NCBI GenBank assembly: GCA_965645245.1
Contig: OZ287077.1
Span: forward strand, 1,612,001-1,676,000
Length of the DNA stretch: 64,000 nt
Reading direction: 5' to 3'
Source of the DNA: Massalongia carnosa
Lineage: Eukaryota
Shown here in pieces: positions 11,577-23,200 of the stretch (position 1 is the first letter of the stretch; each line of letters begins with the position of its first letter). The position numbers and the translations under genes are program-made. Under the pieces are notes generated by a model that was not told the DNA's origin, did no database searches, and worked only from the letters and a program-made list of their open reading frames with translations.

Positions 11577-12610
11577 TAGACCTAACGTAACTCACTGGGC
11601 AACGGGACAAACTGGGCAACGGGACTAAGTAATTCCGAAATCATCACTTTTTGACCACTCTAGATGATGAAGCCTTCATCACATACATTTTACATACAAA
11701 TTCAGCTTCAGACGTCACAGTAGATTACATTCATCATTTTGAAACTTTATAATCATGGGTGTAGGTAAAAAAACCACCTCCCACAAGACCTCCATTCCTT
11801 CATGTTTTCACCCCACCTCCACCTATCAACAACGATTACAGTCAGCCTTTTTGGCCTGGAAACAGGCCGATGGAGCTCTTTCCATTACGAAGGCAGCTTT
11901 TCTATATGATGTTTCAAAGTCTACCCTTCATGCCCGCATTCAGGGTCGTCAATCACGATTTACGTCTGATCAAACTAAACAACTGCTGACCCCCGAGGAG
12001 GAAGACGCTTTGAAGAACTGGGGTTTACAACTGTACGCCTGGGGTGGCCTGCTAAAATAGCTCAGCTACGTCAGATGGCCATAGAATTCCTACGAGCAAG
12101 GGGGAATCATACTGTGCTAGGAGTCAATTGGCAACAGTATTTTTTACATCGTCATCCCGATCTGCAGGCTCAATACAGTCGCACACTAGATCAAGAACGA
12201 TTATTCGCTGAGAATGAAGAGATATTTCAGCACTGGTTTGACCTTTTCCTCTCCATGAAAGAAAAGCACGGAATTCTTGATGAAGACATCTACAACATGG
12301 ACGAAAAGGGATTCATGATGGGGGTAGCTGCTAGTGCTAAAGTAGTAATTTCTAAGCACGAAAAGCAAGCCTTTTCAGCACAGTCAGGTAATCGAGAATG
12401 GGTGTCATTGATCGAGTCCATTTGTACTACCGGTCGAAGTTTACCTCTTTTCGTCATCTTCAAAGGAGTCAACAAGCAAAAGGCCTGGTACGATGCACTG
12501 GAGGACATTGACACTGAAATAGCTACCAGCGAAAACGGATGGACAGACAATGAACTAGGTCTTGATTGGTTGAAAAAGTGTTTTGAACCTGCTACTGCAA
12601 AATATCTACA

Positions 12611-13048
12611 TGTCAAGGACTGGGTTGGGAATTGAACTAATGTTCCTAGGAATTGGATTGGATGATCAAGATGTCTTTATTAATGAGGCTATAGCTAGGA
12701 GGTGGTTTGCTATACAAGACGTCGGACGAGGAGTCAACTATCTACAGGATATGTCCTCTTTTTATACCTGAGCCAGCCCCTTCTTTCTCATGTTTTACCT
12801 TCACCCTAGATGAGAGATTTTGGTGATGGTGGCGGCGATAAGGTGGAGCGATAAGTGGGCCCGTGGATGTGATCGTTCTAGCGATAAGAGGGTATAGTGG
12901 AGTGAGGAGATTGGTGGAGTGGAGTAAGGGATTTATTCAGACTCATACCGAGGATGAATCTGAATAGGCTTTCAGGTGGCTTTTACCTCGATCGCCGCTT
13001 GACGGTTCGGTAATCATTAGGTTTTAACTCAAACTTTATTTCATGACA
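12611..13048. mobile_element. Solo LTR (438 bp) inserted in the pogo transposase
   Basis: Termini tgtca...tgaca with a 5-bp TSD ctaca (12606-12610, 13049-13053). Excision restores aaa tat cta cac ggt gaa (KYLHGE). Confidence 0.88.
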
Positions 13049-13438
13049 CTACACGGTGAATATCGACTTCTTATAGTAGATGGTCATGCTTCCCATATTT
13101 CTACCGAATTCATCAAGTTTTGCAACGAAAAGAGAATCATTCTTTTGTGTCTACCTCCACATACTACCCATATGTTGCAACCTCTGGACGTGAGTGTTTT
13201 TGGGCCCTTATCACGGGAGTACAAAAAACAATTGGAGGTCGTCACCCGATTCAACGTCTGTTCAGTGGACAAGGTGGATTTTCTGAAGATCATTCAAAAA
13301 GCAAGAAAAGAAGCAATCAACACAAAAAACGTGCTGACTGCATGGAGAGCAACCGGATTAGTACCATACAATCCGTCATCAGTTCTTCAAAAACTCACTA
13401 ATAAACAATCGGTGTTGCGAAAGACTGATAGCATCATC

Positions 13439-13500
13439 ACCACCACTACCACCACCACCACCACCACCACCACCACCACCACTACTACTACCACCACCAC
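13439..13500 (+). repeat. (ACC/ACT)n microsatellite encoding poly-Thr inside the pogo transposase
   Basis: About 21 consecutive Thr codons in ORF 13043-14146. Confidence 0.9.
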
Positions 13501-14963
13501 GAATATCACCTCCTCTCATCCTAACACTCCGACAACCCTTCAAAACTCTCACGAAATTGAAAAGACACCTGCAAATATCGATCAAATAAATCAACTGATT
13601 CGTCGAATTCGAAATGATGAAGAATCAGACTCGACTCCCGTTCGAGCGCTAAATAAATTGATAAAAGGCGCTAAATATGCCTTCGCAGACTCTACCTTGC
13701 TACGTATCACCAACAACGAGCTTCTTCAGGCCAATGTACGGCGCCATCATCGAGCCAATCGTAGCGGGGCTCACTATGGAGGAAAGGCTCGAGTTCTAAG
13801 CCTTGAAGACGTTCAACAAAGCCAGCAATGGGCCAAAGATAAACAAAAGGTGAAAGACGCAAAAAAGAAGGCCGCTCAGCTAAAACGAGCTGAGCAGGAC
13901 CTTATCAAAACTTTCAGGGAAATGTGTCGATTTGGACCTGATTTACTAGGACAAACGTCTACTGCATCTTCGACGAAAAGTCCTCAGAAAAGTCCTCAGA
14001 AAGCACCTGATAGTTCACAAAGTAAGCCTATTTGTTCTTTTCAAAGACGATTACTACCTCCTCCCGTGCTTCAACCAATGACAGAAGAGGTAGAGGGGGT
14101 GGAGGAGGTGAAGGTAAGTGGGAGGTGGAGGTGGTGGAGGAGGTGAAGAAGGTTCAAACTACCAGACGGGGTCGTATTGTACGTCTACCACGTAAAATGT
14201 GATTAAGTTGCATGCAGACAAAATATCAATTTCACGTCTAATAGACATTGAAGCCGAATTTGTAGTTAGTCCCGTTGCCCAGTTTGTCCCGTTGCCCAGT
14301 TTGTCCCGTTGCCCAGTGAGTTACGTTAAAAGGGGGAGAAGGCGGACGGGGCCGAGGAATCTACCCTACCTGGGCTAGCGGTGTTTACCTAACCGAAGGT
14401 GGTGTTTATCTAACCGGAGGTGGTGTTTATCTAACCAAAGTGGTGTCCTGTTATCCGTTCCCTAATGTAATGAAATAGGTGAAAAAATGGAGAATTAGGG
14501 GTGTGTTTTGGTGGGGTATTCTCGCTTGCACGTAGCGGTTTTTTTTGACGACCGCGTGACAGGGTTAAGAACTCAAAATTAGAATCAATCTTCTGCTGCG
14601 GCTCATATGATGTATGTTTCTTTTCTTCCTTCGGACGAAGCTGCAAAACAAATACAAGCTCATTGGAATGTTAGCTGGTGTGCAACGATGATTCAGGCTG
14701 CCACAGAGGAGGGTCTTGACTGCGATACCCACTTGGTAAACTGAAGCTTCACAACATTCAGATCATACGCGTATTTGGAAGTGAAATAGCTTGAGGACAA
14801 TATATGGTAAGCACTAATGGATAGGTAGCACGATTAGTGGTTTTCTTAAACTCACCTAATCAGATTAGATTAGATGTCAAAACCTTGGCATTGTTTATGT
14901 TACGTGACATGTGCGTGACAAAACCTCACAAAAAATAATCATATTCAAGAGCACATCCAAAAG

Positions 14964-17747
14964 ATGTCTAACATCCTCTCTAAAAAGCGGAAGCAATTGT
15001 CATCGATTTCTAATCCTCCATCTGGATCTCACCGCACTCCAAAGCGTGCTAAGACATCCGCAGCTAGGACCATTCTAGCCCAAGCGTCAGACCAGGCTCT
15101 GAACCAAAATGGAGATCTTGACGTGGCTGCGTTCGTCAAGGCTCGGGAATTCGAGATCAAGGCCATGGAGGCAAGTATGGGCTCCTCCAAGAAGTCCTTG
15201 TCTACACGGGCCTTTCAGCAAGTACCAAAAGATCTTAGGAGAAGAACTGCTAGTCATAATGTGAAGCGTGTACCGAAGAGGTTGAGGGCGAGGGCAGCGA
15301 AGGAGGTAAGTGGCAAATAAAAGCATTCTGGGGTGGGAAAAGTCTGAGGATAATTGTAAAACTAAATTTTTATTGCAAGGGCAAAGTTGAAGGATGACAA
15401 TACTACTACCAAGACGTCTCGTCGACACACACTTACCCCCCACATGCGGCTGCGTACAGAAACAGCCAAAAAATTACAAAAGCTAGGATCTCGTGTCAAA
15501 GCTAAGCGTGCTAAACATGCTAAACCTACGCTTGGAGAAGAAGATGCTGCAAATACCAATACTCTTCCTCAAGTCCCTCGAGCAAAAAGGAACGTCCTAA
15601 ACGAATCTCCCAAGCCCTCTTCTAAGTTTCGCAAACGTCAGCTACACAAATCCTGGCTCCCGACTCATCTATATCATGCAAAAAGAGCACATATTACGCC
15701 GCCGTCCGAACCATTGTGGCGCTTTGCAATCCCGTTAACACCAACCGAGAAATGTTACCGGACAACACACCGCGCCTCCTCCTCAAGAGGCTGTTTGGCG
15801 TGGGATACAAGCTATATGAGTACACTTAGGCTGGAAGGGGTAGAGGCTAGTCTGTTGGGGTTGCTACGTGGGCTAGGCGTGGAAGACATTAAGTTGGCGG
15901 AGAAAATTGGGGCTAAATGGAGAAGAGGCACTCGTGGATGGGCCGGATGGGTTAGAGAGCAGGATGGAGAAAAGAGACTCATGACCAGGACCAACATTGT
16001 ATGGCGTGTATGTGAAGCTGAATATTCGGGGAGTATCGAGCCTAGTGTCGTGGAGAAACAGACGAAAAGGCAGATTTTCCTTCGAATTCACCCGGCCGCC
16101 TTCCTGCAGGTCTGGAAGGAGGTTCTCAAACTTGGTCAATTGCAGCGACCGCCGGTAATGGTTGAAGATTTACGTTTCGAGATTGGCAGCATTGAGATCA
16201 CTGGGCCCGGATCCACGGAAGCTTTGATCAGCGTATTACAACCAGCTGCAGATGTTGAGACCGCATCACCAGAAAACATCTCCGCCAAACTATGGCCATT
16301 CCTAGTGACAGTGACGAACCCGGCCTCCTTACCTCATAATGCTCTCCTGGCATTTGAGATAAGTGACCCACGGTTGCATCATCCACCACAAACGGTGATA
16401 CAACCGAACCCATCAAACTTGGATGATAAGCTTCTAGAGCTTTTATCCAACTGGCCGCCAGATAAGACTCAAAGCTCCCCCACCATTTTCGACCGTACTG
16501 CCCGTTTTGCTGCTTGCAGGCTCCTTCCCAGCCAAAAGGCGATCCACAGGCGTAAAGGCGCGGCATTGCCAGGCACATATCCGAACGCACTTCCCGGAGA
16601 CCCGCGCATACCGATCTTGCTTATAGCATCACGCTCAGGGTCCGACGGGGCCCATGGGTCCTGGACACTCCTTCTCCCGTGGAAATGTGTTCTTCCTGTG
16701 TGGTACTCGTTGATGCACTACCCTCTCTCCTCGGGGGGAAACCCGCGCTTCGGTGGCCTGCAAGAAAAGAGGCAGGTTGCGTTTGAACAGGGGGGTTCAT
16801 GGTTTCCGGGGGATTATCCGGGAACAAACGCTGGCTGGGAGTGGGAAATGCTGGAACGGGCGAAGAGGAAAGCGCAATGGGAGAAAAGGCCTAAAGGGAA
16901 GAGAGTTGAATGGGAGAGCGTGGATCTCGGGGATGGGAAGAAGGGCGAGATTGGTATGGGCTGGGCATGTGATTGGGAAAGACTCTTTCAGGGCCAAGAA
17001 TCCTCAAGCAGCAGCATAGCAGAACCTGCACATGCAAAAGCCTGCCTATCTGAACCATCAGCTTCCGGCCCAACAGTACAAAAATCTACGGATTCTAGCC
17101 CACCGAACCCCCCGAAACCGCCACCGTTCAATATTCACCATATCCTCACCCCTGTAGATCGCAAAGTCCCCTCCGACCCGCCACCCACGGCCCTAACAAC
17201 AATTTCCCTTTCCCTTCTCGCTCGCGGATCCCCAAGCCCCTGCGCTCGCATCTACCGCCTCCCCACCACCAATCCCACCCTCCGTCAGAAGTGGCTCGCG
17301 CTCACCGGCACTACCAAAAGCACCCAGCAAAAACCTCATCCTCTCAAGAACCCCCCCCGGACTTCATTTCCCAAAAACGCGCCCCCACACGAAATCCAGC
17401 AGCACATCGCCGCCTCGCTACTCGCTCCGCCCTCGGCAACCGCAGCTAAAACGACGGCTCCGAAACCGCTGCGGGCTGGCGACGCAGCGTATCCGGTTGT
17501 GCCGGGGGAAGAGGACTTGATTGGCTTCGTCACGACGGGAAACTTCAACCTGGGGGAGGGCAAGGCGAGCGCGATTGGATGTGTGGTTTTAGCAAGGATT
17601 TTGGGGTTTGGCCGGGCGTCAGCAGAAGGAAATGGAAATGGAAATGGAGATGGAGCTGGAAGGAAGGAAGGCCAGGGGAGGGTTTGCATTGTCCGGGACG
17701 CGGGGCAGGCTTTGGGGAGGTTAGCCCGGTGGGAGTTTGTTGGCTGA
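14964..17747 (+). CDS. POP1: RNase P/MRP protein subunit POP1
   Basis: Exon 1 is 14964-15305, intron 15306-15386, exon 2 15387-17747. POP1 N-terminal motifs FVKAREFEI, AFQQVPKDLRRRTASHNVKRVP, WLPTHLYHAKR and WDTSY. POPLD-like region WTLLLPW...FEQGGSWFPGDYPGT and C-terminal LIGFVTTGNFNLGEG. Confidence 0.95.
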
Positions 17748-18264
17748 TCTACCTAGAGAAAGTAGTGGTGGTTGGGAGTTGGTTCCTGCACTTGGCTCCC
17801 CAGCGGTGAACGAGGGGCCGAGTTTTCGGGACTTGTCTGGTAGGAAGTTCGTCAGGCTTTGTGCAATGGCATTATTAGCTACCTACTAGAGTTCTTTTCG
17901 AAATAACCCCATGAAAGTTTGCACAATTATGTCTCTAATAACCCCAGCCCGGACCGCAAATATCAAAAATCGTCATCCAAATAGAACATGAGCAAAACCC
18001 TGCACTGCCGTCCCGCCCCGTCAGCTCGGAAATACTGCGCTCCAAAGGCGATCGCCAAGCAGCGGTGGAGACGGCGAGTTGGGGGGGGGGGGGTTTACTT
18101 CGACATAGTACGCAGTGTTGGGGTCAAGGGGATCGAGGGATCTATGCAAAGTAGGTCCGCGAAGGGCGGGATCACGACTCTCCTACCGCTTCTGACATTG
18201 TTTGTTTCGGTTCATCGTTTCTATGAAAGCATAGATTCACTTTGTAGGTATAATAGCATGATTG

Positions 18265-19930
18265 ATCAATCAACGAACAACCAACGCATTCCAGCTGAGT
18301 ATAGGAATTCCGCAAGGATCTCCTTTGTCTCCCATTCTATATCTCTTTTATAATGCAGACTTACTCGATATTTGCAATAGACCAGGTACCAACGCAGCGG
18401 GCATGGGTTTCGTAGACAACGTCAATATACTGGCGTATGGAAAGTCCACCGGAGAGAATTGGAAAACGCTGGAAAAAATACACGACGACTGCGAACGATG
18501 GGCCGCTCGCCACGGCTCCGTATTCGCGCCACACAAATACGAGCTGATACACCTGGCAAAGAATCTAAAGAAATTCAACCTGGACGCATCCTTCGCGGTA
18601 AGAGGCAAGATCCTGAAGACCAAGACTTCGATAAGAGTTGGGAGTATACATTGACACTAGACTCGATTGGGCAGCGCATTACAAGAAATTCAGAAGAAAA
18701 TGACGAGACAAACAATGGCACTGACCAAAATCGCAGCCTCAACCTGGGGGGCGACCCTCCTACGAGCCCGCCACGTGTATGTACACAGCAGTGATACGCC
18801 CCGCCATGTCGCACGGCTCGATAGCATGGCACATGCCAGCCGAAGCAAGAAAGAAAGCCAAAGTCGAATCAAGAAGCAAACTCGAAGTCATACAAAACAA
18901 GTGTTTACTAGTCATAGCCGGAGCGTACAAGGCTACCCCAATTGAAGTATTACAGGCAGAAACCCACATCCCTCCCTTAACGCAACATGTAGACCGCTTA
19001 CAAGCAAAAAGGAGATCCAGACTCTCGAACAGCGAACAGGAAAAAATTATAAAGCAGGCGTGCAATAGAATTCAAGCGAAACTCAGAGGTAAAAGAGGTC
19101 AATCGCGAGTCGCAGAGAAAACACCGGGAACTCGTAAACGAGAATGGGTAACAAAGATAACGAAAGACGCACCGAAAACAGTTAAACTGGATCAACCCTC
19201 TCCCCCTCCCTGGACAACGATCGACGAGGCACAGAAGAGACAACGCACAGCGCAAGTAACGACGCAGAACCAACGAGACGGGATAATAAAGAAGCACTTT
19301 GAGAATCAGTGGATCAACAAGTGGAAAGCATATCAAGCAAAACACACGTTATATCCCACGATCGCACAACAGGCGCCTATACACAGGAAAAGGCTTAACG
19401 CACACAAGTTACTAGACAAAGCGCAAAGCTCACTAGCAACACAGATAAGAACGGAAAAAATCGGACTGGCCAACTTTCTATATCGGCGCAAGGTCCCAGG
19501 GGTGAACTCGGCGGCATGTCCCTGCGGAAGCCTCTTACAAACAGCCAAACATGTAATCATGTTCTGCAGACTGCACGAACACATGCTACGAACGGCAGGC
19601 TCGTCAGACTACCGCAAGCTAATCACCGAACCTAAAGCTCTCAAAGTAGTAACCGCGTGGCTCATGCGTACAGGTATTTTAACACAGTATTCCATTGCCA
19701 CGCAACTGCTTGAACAGCAGCCGGGCAGTCTCTCTTCAGTTTGAAAAACAGGTATCGCAGATTTTCGAGATACAGGAATCAATCCGCGGGAGCGGCGAAC
19801 CCCCGATGAAGAGGATACGCAGGAGTAGTTTTTCACCTTTGGGTTTTCTACTTAGTACATAGCTTATATAGCATCTCCCGCATGGGCCGGCCTTCGGCCG
19901 GTGACACAACGGCGTAAGAATAATCAAATC
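18265..19930 (+). mobile_element. 5'-truncated Tad1-like LINE, copy 2
   Basis: GIPQGSPLSPILYLFY, FVDN (mutated FVDD) and a C-terminal CPCG...HVIMFC knuckle, with frameshifts. Tail aataatcaaatc and 12-bp TSD atagcatgattg (18253-18264, 19931-19942). Confidence 0.92.
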
Positions 19931-20135
19931 ATAGCATGATTGTCATTGAAGGTATGGGTTATATGTGAGCTATCTACTCATTATATAGCAGTCACATTGA
20001 AGACTTCCGGGCGACCCCCTTTCATAGGGAGTCAGCTGGTCCACTGACCTTTCGGTCCCCGGAGGTCACTTCGGCCCCCGTGGTAGGGTTACCGAAGATA
20101 GGCACTAGATAGATGCCCATGATGGTAGTCCAACA

Positions 20136-20222
20136 GTCCTTACCATCTAACACTTACCATCTAGCAGTCTTTACCATCTAACAACTAGATGGATGTTAGA
20201 TGTTAGTCCTTACCATCTAACA
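20136..20222. repeat. Cluster of four (gtcc)ttaccatcta(a/g)ca direct repeats
   Basis: Four near-identical copies within about 90 bp, with partly inverted tagatg units between them. Confidence 0.75.
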
Positions 20223-23200
20223 GTTTCTGCGTTGTGGGGTGATACATACATACATAGAGCTTGTTGCTGTGTAAGAATCCGCTTTTTAGAAACTGTCCAA
20301 GTTCAGTTGTCTCGTGCAGATATCCCGGCGGATGTTGAGCAGGAAATACATATCTAAGGGCTGTTGTTCTGTTTGTGTCAGTAATACCGGCTCTACCTTC
20401 GACGCCTGGATATGATTGATTTCAAGCCTGGAGATAATCAGTTGTCATCTTGTTGGATCAGTGTTGGAATGATTCCCTTGGCCCATTTTGATTGGTCGTT
20501 TCGGTGAAAGATGGGATTTGGTTGACGATGTTAGGCTGCCGCAAAACGGGGCTGGAAGGATAATAGCTTTCTTCTGTTGATCTTCAACGTTATGATTACC
20601 AGTTGCTAGAGAAACGTGAACGCCTTTGGGGAGCAATAACCACAAACTGGGCTCCAGATTGGTTGAGATTGACTCTGTGGTGGCTTCTACCATGGCTCTG
20701 GTTTGAGGGAGACGGGATCCGATATCCAAAAACCTACATAGCACTTTCCTGAGTGAATCACTGAACGGCCAAACCTAAGCAAGAAGGGGGGTGAGTCAAA
20801 GGTACTGGGAGTATTAAGTATGCTGAAAGCGGGTAAAGGGTGTTAGATAGGCAAAACAGTCGATAGTCAATGGAAGTGAGGGTGTGTACACGAGAGTGAC
20901 TGCAGATGATCCATTGATTATAATTATGAGAAAAGCAGTGTCTAAGAACTATAGAGGTCTCTGGGGAAGATCAAGGTCTTCCTTCTGTCCATTAGTGCCT
21001 CCTTCCTATTTAGAAAGGGATTTCCATAACATCTCCCCCTATCTAGTAAGAATCCAAACACCCTTGTTTTACTCATCGAGGACAGAGGACGTGAACGGAT
21101 ATCTTGTTGCATCCTCTGGAAGTTCTGTCATCGCTTTTTTTGGTTGAGAAGTCCATCTCATCAAGATTTTTTTGCAAAAGACTCGCAGTAAATTCACTAC
21201 CTCGTTCCCATCTGGTCTCCTTTCAAGAAGACTTGACACCCTTCCGACTCTTGATGCGTCCAAGTTTTGCAATATGCGTATCGAAAATTGTTAAGTGTAA
21301 TGATGAGCTTTTGCGGAATCTTTTGTTTCGCGGTCTTCCCTAGATTACGTTTCGAAAATTTTTGATATGACCGATTATGTATCATTCCTAAATGATAAGA
21401 CTTACTTAATGAGTTTGCTAAAACCTGCAATGAGTCATCGTTCTGTAGTATACGTATTTCGCCAAGAGTATATTGAAAAAAAAATGGTGGGTCTCTGGTT
21501 GGTGAATTTGCCCCTGTTTGTGGAAATCGCCTAGTCAAAAACAACACAGTGCTACCAATTTTAAGGGTGTCTGTAGTAGCTCATCAATTCTAGTCATGAG
21601 AGAGACTAATGTCTTCCTTCTTTTCATCAATGCTACCTTCCCATTTGGGAAGAATCCCCGTAACAGGGTGGGCCGGAATGGCGGTTTCAATGATGATCTT
21701 AGGAAATATCAAGCAATTACCAATAGCCGTCTCTCATCATTTAAAGTTTCTCTGATGCTGTAGGAAAGGATTTTCGCGCGCTTTCGTATTGGTTCCTAGC
21801 GCCAAACTCAGGTCCTACTATCCATTTTTTACTTTGGTGGTCTCAACAAGATCTGGATGTGCATACGAACAAGTTTATAGTAATCTAGGAGGCATATTTG
21901 ATGTATAACGCATTCGTATTAACCCTCAACCGTTAAGGAGATGTGCGGTGGAGAGAAAGTATTTTGTTAAGTGAGGGAGCAACTCTTTGAACTTTTGTTT
22001 ATGTAGGTCATAGAAAGGGTTTGAGTCGCAATTGGGATGAGATTATAAGATATGAAAAGAAAGAAATACCAAAGTTTGGAGAAGATGATATATACAGTGG
22101 ACGAAACGAGTACTTACTCATTTGCAAAGTGCTATATATAATATAAATTAAGCCTCATTGTGGAACGGCCTATCAAAAACTGATGAGGTGATTATTGAGC
22201 CTGCTGTCGTCTAGACTTAAGAAGTAGATCGATAGACGAGATAGCAAAAGTGGAACCAGTTAAGTGGTAGATAATGGTGAATAAATGAAGGAATAAATGA
22301 AGTACAAGGACAATGAATGAAGTGGTAGATAGAAGAGCAGACGAAATAGTATGTAAAATAGCGGACGAAGTAGTAAGTGAAGTAGTCGATGGATTTTAAG
22401 AGGCAGTAATTGGAGTGACAAATGGAGTAGTGGGGAGGGCAAAGAGACGAAAAGAAAGATGTTTTAAGAAGAAAGCCAAGGTCTATGAAAGCGCCAAAAT
22501 GGGCTGGCCTCTGGTTGCTTTACAGACGAAGTTTAAATACCTAAGTGACAAGTAGAAGGTATGATGATAACCTTTCCTTTCCCTCCTTTCCCCTCCACTG
22601 CGATTCGGTCTTCTTTATTCATCATTTATCTTCCGCTCTACTTACAGTCCTATGAGAACCCTGGCAGCAAAAAACCCTAACTTTAAGCTTCCCTTCCCTT
22701 GCTGGCCCACCGTGCAAGAAGAGCGCGATTTCGTCCCGTTTCGAACCTGTTCTGGAAGAGGGATAGAGGTGCAGGGCAAGGGCAGGGCAGGAGGCCCTGA
22801 TATCAAGTTCTCCCTCCTCCCTCTTTGTTCTGGTGCTCTCCTTGATCAATCACCTTTCCCGTCTGCCAAAAAACCCCATGGAAAGCTAAGCACTCTCATT
22901 TCAAGGCTTTTCAAAGAGGGCGGCGAGCTTTGATTTTCTTTCGGCACCAGCTCTTGAAAGTTTTGAAAGTAGAATGGAATGCAAAGGCGGGTAGGAGAGC
23001 CTTGATGTCGAGTTCTCCCTCCTTCCTCTTTCTACTCTTGTACTCGTTTATTTCTCCTCTGCATTCTTTATTACTCTCCCCATCATCCTTCCCGACACGC
23101 CTGCTGAAAACTTTGAAGGGAAAAGGGAGGTCTTGCAACCCTAAACGCGGGTGGAACTAGGGCAGAGCAGGACGGAGCATGGCAGGGCAAGAAATTTGAT

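Larger units (their letters stand above)
11755..14203 (+). pseudogene. pogo/Fot1 transposase (HTH + DDE_1), disrupted
   Basis: HTH (AAFLYDVSKSTLHARIQG; LTPEEE) and motifs YNMDEKGF, NREWVSLIE, SENGWTD, RLLIVDGHASH and LPPHTTHMLQPLDV. Frameshift near 12050, LTR insertion at KYLH|GEYR, and a further frameshift near the C-terminus. Confidence 0.9.
11585..14326 (+). mobile_element. pogo/Fot1-like DNA transposon inserted in the MULE right TIR
   Basis: TA TSD (11583-11584, 14327-14328). TIRs acgtaactcactgggcaacgggacaaactgggcaacgggactaa contain a 17-bp internal unit present twice on the left and three times on the right. Confidence 0.93.
9036..14462 (+). mobile_element. Mutator-like element (MULE)
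   Basis: TIRs of about 120 bp beginning gggaacggataacaggacaccactttggttag, and an 8-bp TSD taatgtaa (9028-9035, 14463-14470). The right TIR carries one extra 20-bp ggtggtgtttatctaaccgga-type unit, and its inner end is interrupted by two insertions. Confidence 0.92.
5961..14562 (+). mobile_element. Decayed Tc1/mariner-superfamily DNA transposon, host of a nested insertion cluster
   Basis: TIRs of about 65 bp: TA|caggcacgcggtcgtcgaaaaaaaaacgcaacgtgcaagcgagaata...caccaaaacaca at 5961 and its inverted copy gtgtgttttggtggggtattctcgcttgcacgtagcggttttttttgacgaccgcgtg ending near 14560. The right outer end is diverged, so that boundary is approximate. Confidence 0.85.

Noticed and set aside
11585..14326. 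CRISPR-like short direct repeats
   Set aside because: They are contiguous 17-bp units within pogo TIRs with no spacers, in a eukaryotic context.
17940..18240. Possible snRNA on the minus strand (Sm-like gatttttga near 17965)
   Set aside because: No U1, U2, U4, U5 or U6 signature sequences could be matched; a lone Sm-like site is insufficient.
20205..21900. Coding-looking minus-strand tract
   Set aside because: Stops occur in the frames examined and no protein motif was recognised, so it cannot be called even as a pseudogene without a search.
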